Of a stretch of 33,275 nt of DNA, positions 30,275 through 33,275 are shown in pieces. Under the pieces are notes generated by a model, which saw only the letters and a list, made by a program, of their open reading frames with translations, searched no databases and was not told where the DNA came from. Within the stretch, counting starts at the first letter, position 1; the number at the start of each line of letters is the position of its first letter. The position numbers were made by a program, and so were the translations under genes. Origin of the DNA: an uncultured archaeon (lineage in GTDB: Archaea > Asgardarchaeota > Lokiarchaeia > Sigyniarchaeales > SOKP01); the NCBI GenBank assembly GCA_964525635.1, contig CAZGJX010000041.1:1-33275 (forward strand), written 5' to 3'.

Positions 30275-30529
30275 ATGTTAATTTAATTTAAAAATCAGAA
30301 AAGTAAAATTAGGTTAATTATATTTCTAAATAATAGGTATATTTCATATAACAACGAAACATTAGATAGAATTAAAGATCTTTATTATGAAAAATATAAT
30401 GAAAAAGAAATTCTCGAGATACTAAAAGAACACATAAATATTAGAACCAGTGCTGAAATAAAAGCAATTGAAACTACATTAATTACATTACAAAGAATTG
30501 ATGATAGAATGATGTTTAAAAATGGTTAA
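30275..30529 (+). pseudogene. Probable gene remnant
   Basis: ATG TTA ATT TAA (stop 30284-30286) followed in frame by 80 open codons FKNQKSKIRLIIFLNNRYISYNNETLDRIKDLYYEKYNEKEILEILKEHINIRTSAEIKAIETTL...; protein-like but with no usable start. Confidence 0.5.
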
Positions 30530-31019
30530 ATTTAGTTAAAGCAATTATCAATTCTAAACTTTATCAAGGTATTATCATATTAATAAAATACTCTCTCTTA
30601 CCGTTTTAATAGAAAATATATTAAATAAACCAAAAAATTTTTAATATAAGATTTATTCTAATATTTTGTCGATGATATATTTTTTAGTATTATAACCCTA
30701 AAAGATCATCGAAAATTATTGGCAGGTATATATACCTCATCTGTGTGATGACGTATCTCCAATAATTGATATGGCTCCGAGGAAGTACATCATATATATG
30801 ATGATACATGAGACGGAAGCTTAAGCAATCATAAAATATACTAATCCTTGATTAGTTTAAGAAAACCATATCAAGCATGAGAAATTGTGCTCATAGGAAC
30901 AACTCCCTAAATAATGTAATATGTATGTCTTCAAGTTATAATTTCATATCGTCAAGAAATTATTTACCTCATACACATGCCTATGCGTGAGCTCTCTGAA
31001 CCTTTCCCCTATTAGATAC

Positions 31020-33275
31020 CAATACGCCTACACTATTTGGGGGATATCTAGGCTTGGGAACCGAAGAAGAGCGTAACAAGCTACGATAAGCTCGGGTTAG
31101 TCGCATGTAGACGTAGACCCCGAGATTCTTGAATTGGACATCCACTTGTGGCCCAATAATCCACAAGATTCCCATATGGGAAGGGGAACCCTGAGAAGTA
31201 AAACATTTTAGTATCAGGAGGAAAAGAAAACAAGAGTGATTCCGTTAGTAACGGCGAGCGAAAGCGGAACAGATCAAACCGAATCCTCAGAGAAATCTGA
31301 TGGAAATGTGGTGTTAGGACCTTGTACGACCTACTCAATGAAGATGAATATTCCTGGAAAGTTAAGCCAAAGAGCGTGATAGCCGCGTAATTATAAATTG
31401 AGAGGTTGCTTCAAGAGTTCCAGAGTAGTGCGGGATGGTTTTCTCGTACGAATATGCCAAATACACGTTGGCAAATCTAAATATGTCCCAAGACCGATAG
31501 CGCAGTAGTAGCGTGAGCGAAAGATGAAAAGAAACCCGGAAGGGCCGTGAAAAGCGCTTGAAACCAAATAGTTTAGTAAGGATGCAGCCTGAAAGGACAG
31601 ATTCTGCGTGAATGAATTCTGGTGACGGAAATTCAAAATGCAGAGGACTAGGGTTGCATCATCAGTCTGGAATCATTGGCCAGGGAGTTTATAGTAGAGG
31701 CGAGCTTAAGTGGTTCACCCACGAAGGCAAAGGGAAACCAATATTCTTGCAATCTAATTATCACATTAGGATAATCTATTCATCGAAAAATGGTTTTGCC
31801 ATTTGTAGCTGCTTAGTGAATCCTTCTAAGGAATTAGACCAGAAGAATGGTCTTAAAGGGCCTAAAGTCTCTGCTATAATACCCGAAGCCGGTCGATCTA
31901 TTCCTGGTTAAGATGAAGTCATTCGAAAGGATGATGGAGGTCTGCACCAGTGCTGACGTGCAATTCGCTTGGATGAACTGGGAATAGGAGCAAAAGGCTA
32001 ATCTAGATCGGTGATAGCTGGTTCCTCCCGAAGTTGGTGTCAGCCAAGTCTCAGACGAGGTTGCCAGTGGTGTAGAGCACTAATTGCGAAGTACGGGGGA
32101 GAGATCTCTCGCTTCGCTCTTAAACTCCGAAATTGCTGGCGCTTTAGACTCTGGGAAACGGGTTGGTGGGCGTAAAGTCCATCGCCGAGAAGGGAACAAC
32201 CTAGACTTGGGTTAAGGTCCCAAAGTGCAGGTTAAGTGTTAAACTAAAGGGCGTCATATTTCTAAAACAGCAAAAGGATAGGTATAGAAGTAGCTATTCC
32301 CTAACGAGTGTGTAACAACTCATTTGCCGAGAAATATGGCCCCGAAAATGGACGGGGCTCAAATCTGCCACCGAGACCCAAGGGCACGGGGAGAAGAACT
32401 CCGTGATCCGGTAGGGAGGCGTCCGGGTCGGGCAGAAGCAGGTGCGTAAGTTCCTGTGGACCGGCCTGGAGTGCAGATCCTGGCGAGAGTAAAAGCAAAG
32501 ATGGGTTAGAATCCCATCCGCCGAAAGGGCAAGGGTTTCTTCGCAATGCGTCGTCAGCGAAGAGTTAGTCGATCCTAAGTGCATCCTTAACTGGAGTGCG
32601 CGAAAGGGAAACAGGTTTATATTCCTGTACCACGGCACTACGATTGTGGTGACGCATGGTTCAGTGCTGACGGTTCAGGGTAGGTGGAATAGGGTTGTCG
32701 AATATTTCCCTATTTAAATGTATAAAGCTGGTGAATAGAGTAAATCTTAGACCCAGCTAAAATCATGAATAGCCATCCAAATGTGGAAGGTTCCGCCGAG
32801 CCCAGGATCTAATAAAAAGGCACTAACAAGAAATGCCGTGTTCGTACCCAGAACCAACACAGGTGCCCCTAGGTGAGTAGCCTTAGGCGTTTTCGTGTAA
32901 AGGAGGTTAGGGAAATCGACAAATTAGAGCCGTAACTTTGGGAAAAGGCTTGCTTGCGAACTTCTATACGCCTTACAGTGTATGGGGGCTCTCAAGTCGC
33001 AGTAACTAGGGGGGGACGACTGTTTAATAAAAACATAGGTCTCTGATAGAGCGAAAGCTTGTTTACAGAGGCTGAAACCTGGCCAGTGGCAGTTTGATAA
33101 ATCCGGGTTACAACCCGAGTAAGTCCTGCTAAACGCCGGGAGTAACTATAACTCTCTTAAGGTAGCCAAATGCCTTGTCTGGTAAGTTCAGACGTGCTTG
33201 AATGGTTCAACGTTCTCCCTATTGTCCCAACCTTCTGACGATTGAAATCACACTCCGGCGAACGGTCCGGAGATA
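31020..33275 (+). rRNA. 23S rRNA, 5' part (3' truncated by the window; 5' end approximate)
   Basis: Sharp GC rise and conserved LSU motifs: GATTCCGTTAGTAACGGCGAGCGAA, GACCGATAGCG, GATAGCTGGTTC, GACTGTTTAATAAAAACATAG, CTCTTAAGGTAGCCAAATGCCT. Confidence 0.97.

Noticed and set aside
30745-30825. Independent C/D-box guide sRNA
   Set aside because: Box C-like, D'-like (CCGA) and C'-like motifs are present, but there is no CTGA box D at the expected distance; treated as part of the rRNA leader.
30981-32638. ORFs overlapping the 23S rRNA
   Set aside because: Chance open frames in GC-richer rRNA; no homing-endonuclease motif, and no intron interrupts the conserved rRNA segments I checked.

Overview
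AT-rich archaeal housekeeping region. Gene content points to an Asgard archaeon, most likely Lokiarchaeia: unsplit RpoB, Rab-like GTPase, Get3-like ATPase, RPA32-like protein, and a 23S rRNA with an enlarged ES9. It holds about 30 protein genes (rpoB, TFE, MBF1, PAN, NAC, MfnA, Hps-RraA, Rio1-Nmd3-DUF424-aIF2beta, aRF1, CoA-pathway enzymes and others), two intron-containing tRNAs (Cys, initiator Met) and the 5' two-thirds of a 23S rRNA gene with no 16S upstream. The main observation is a 32-nt insertion near the 5' end of rpoB (87..118) that breaks the reading frame and folds into a canonical bulge-helix-bulge (BHB) motif. Cutting at the standard BHB positions restores the frame and the conserved protein, so it is a candidate tRNA-endonuclease-type mRNA intron in an essential gene. 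Three tRNA introns in the same window use the same BHB arrangement. All protein calls come from motif recognition by eye; no searches were run.
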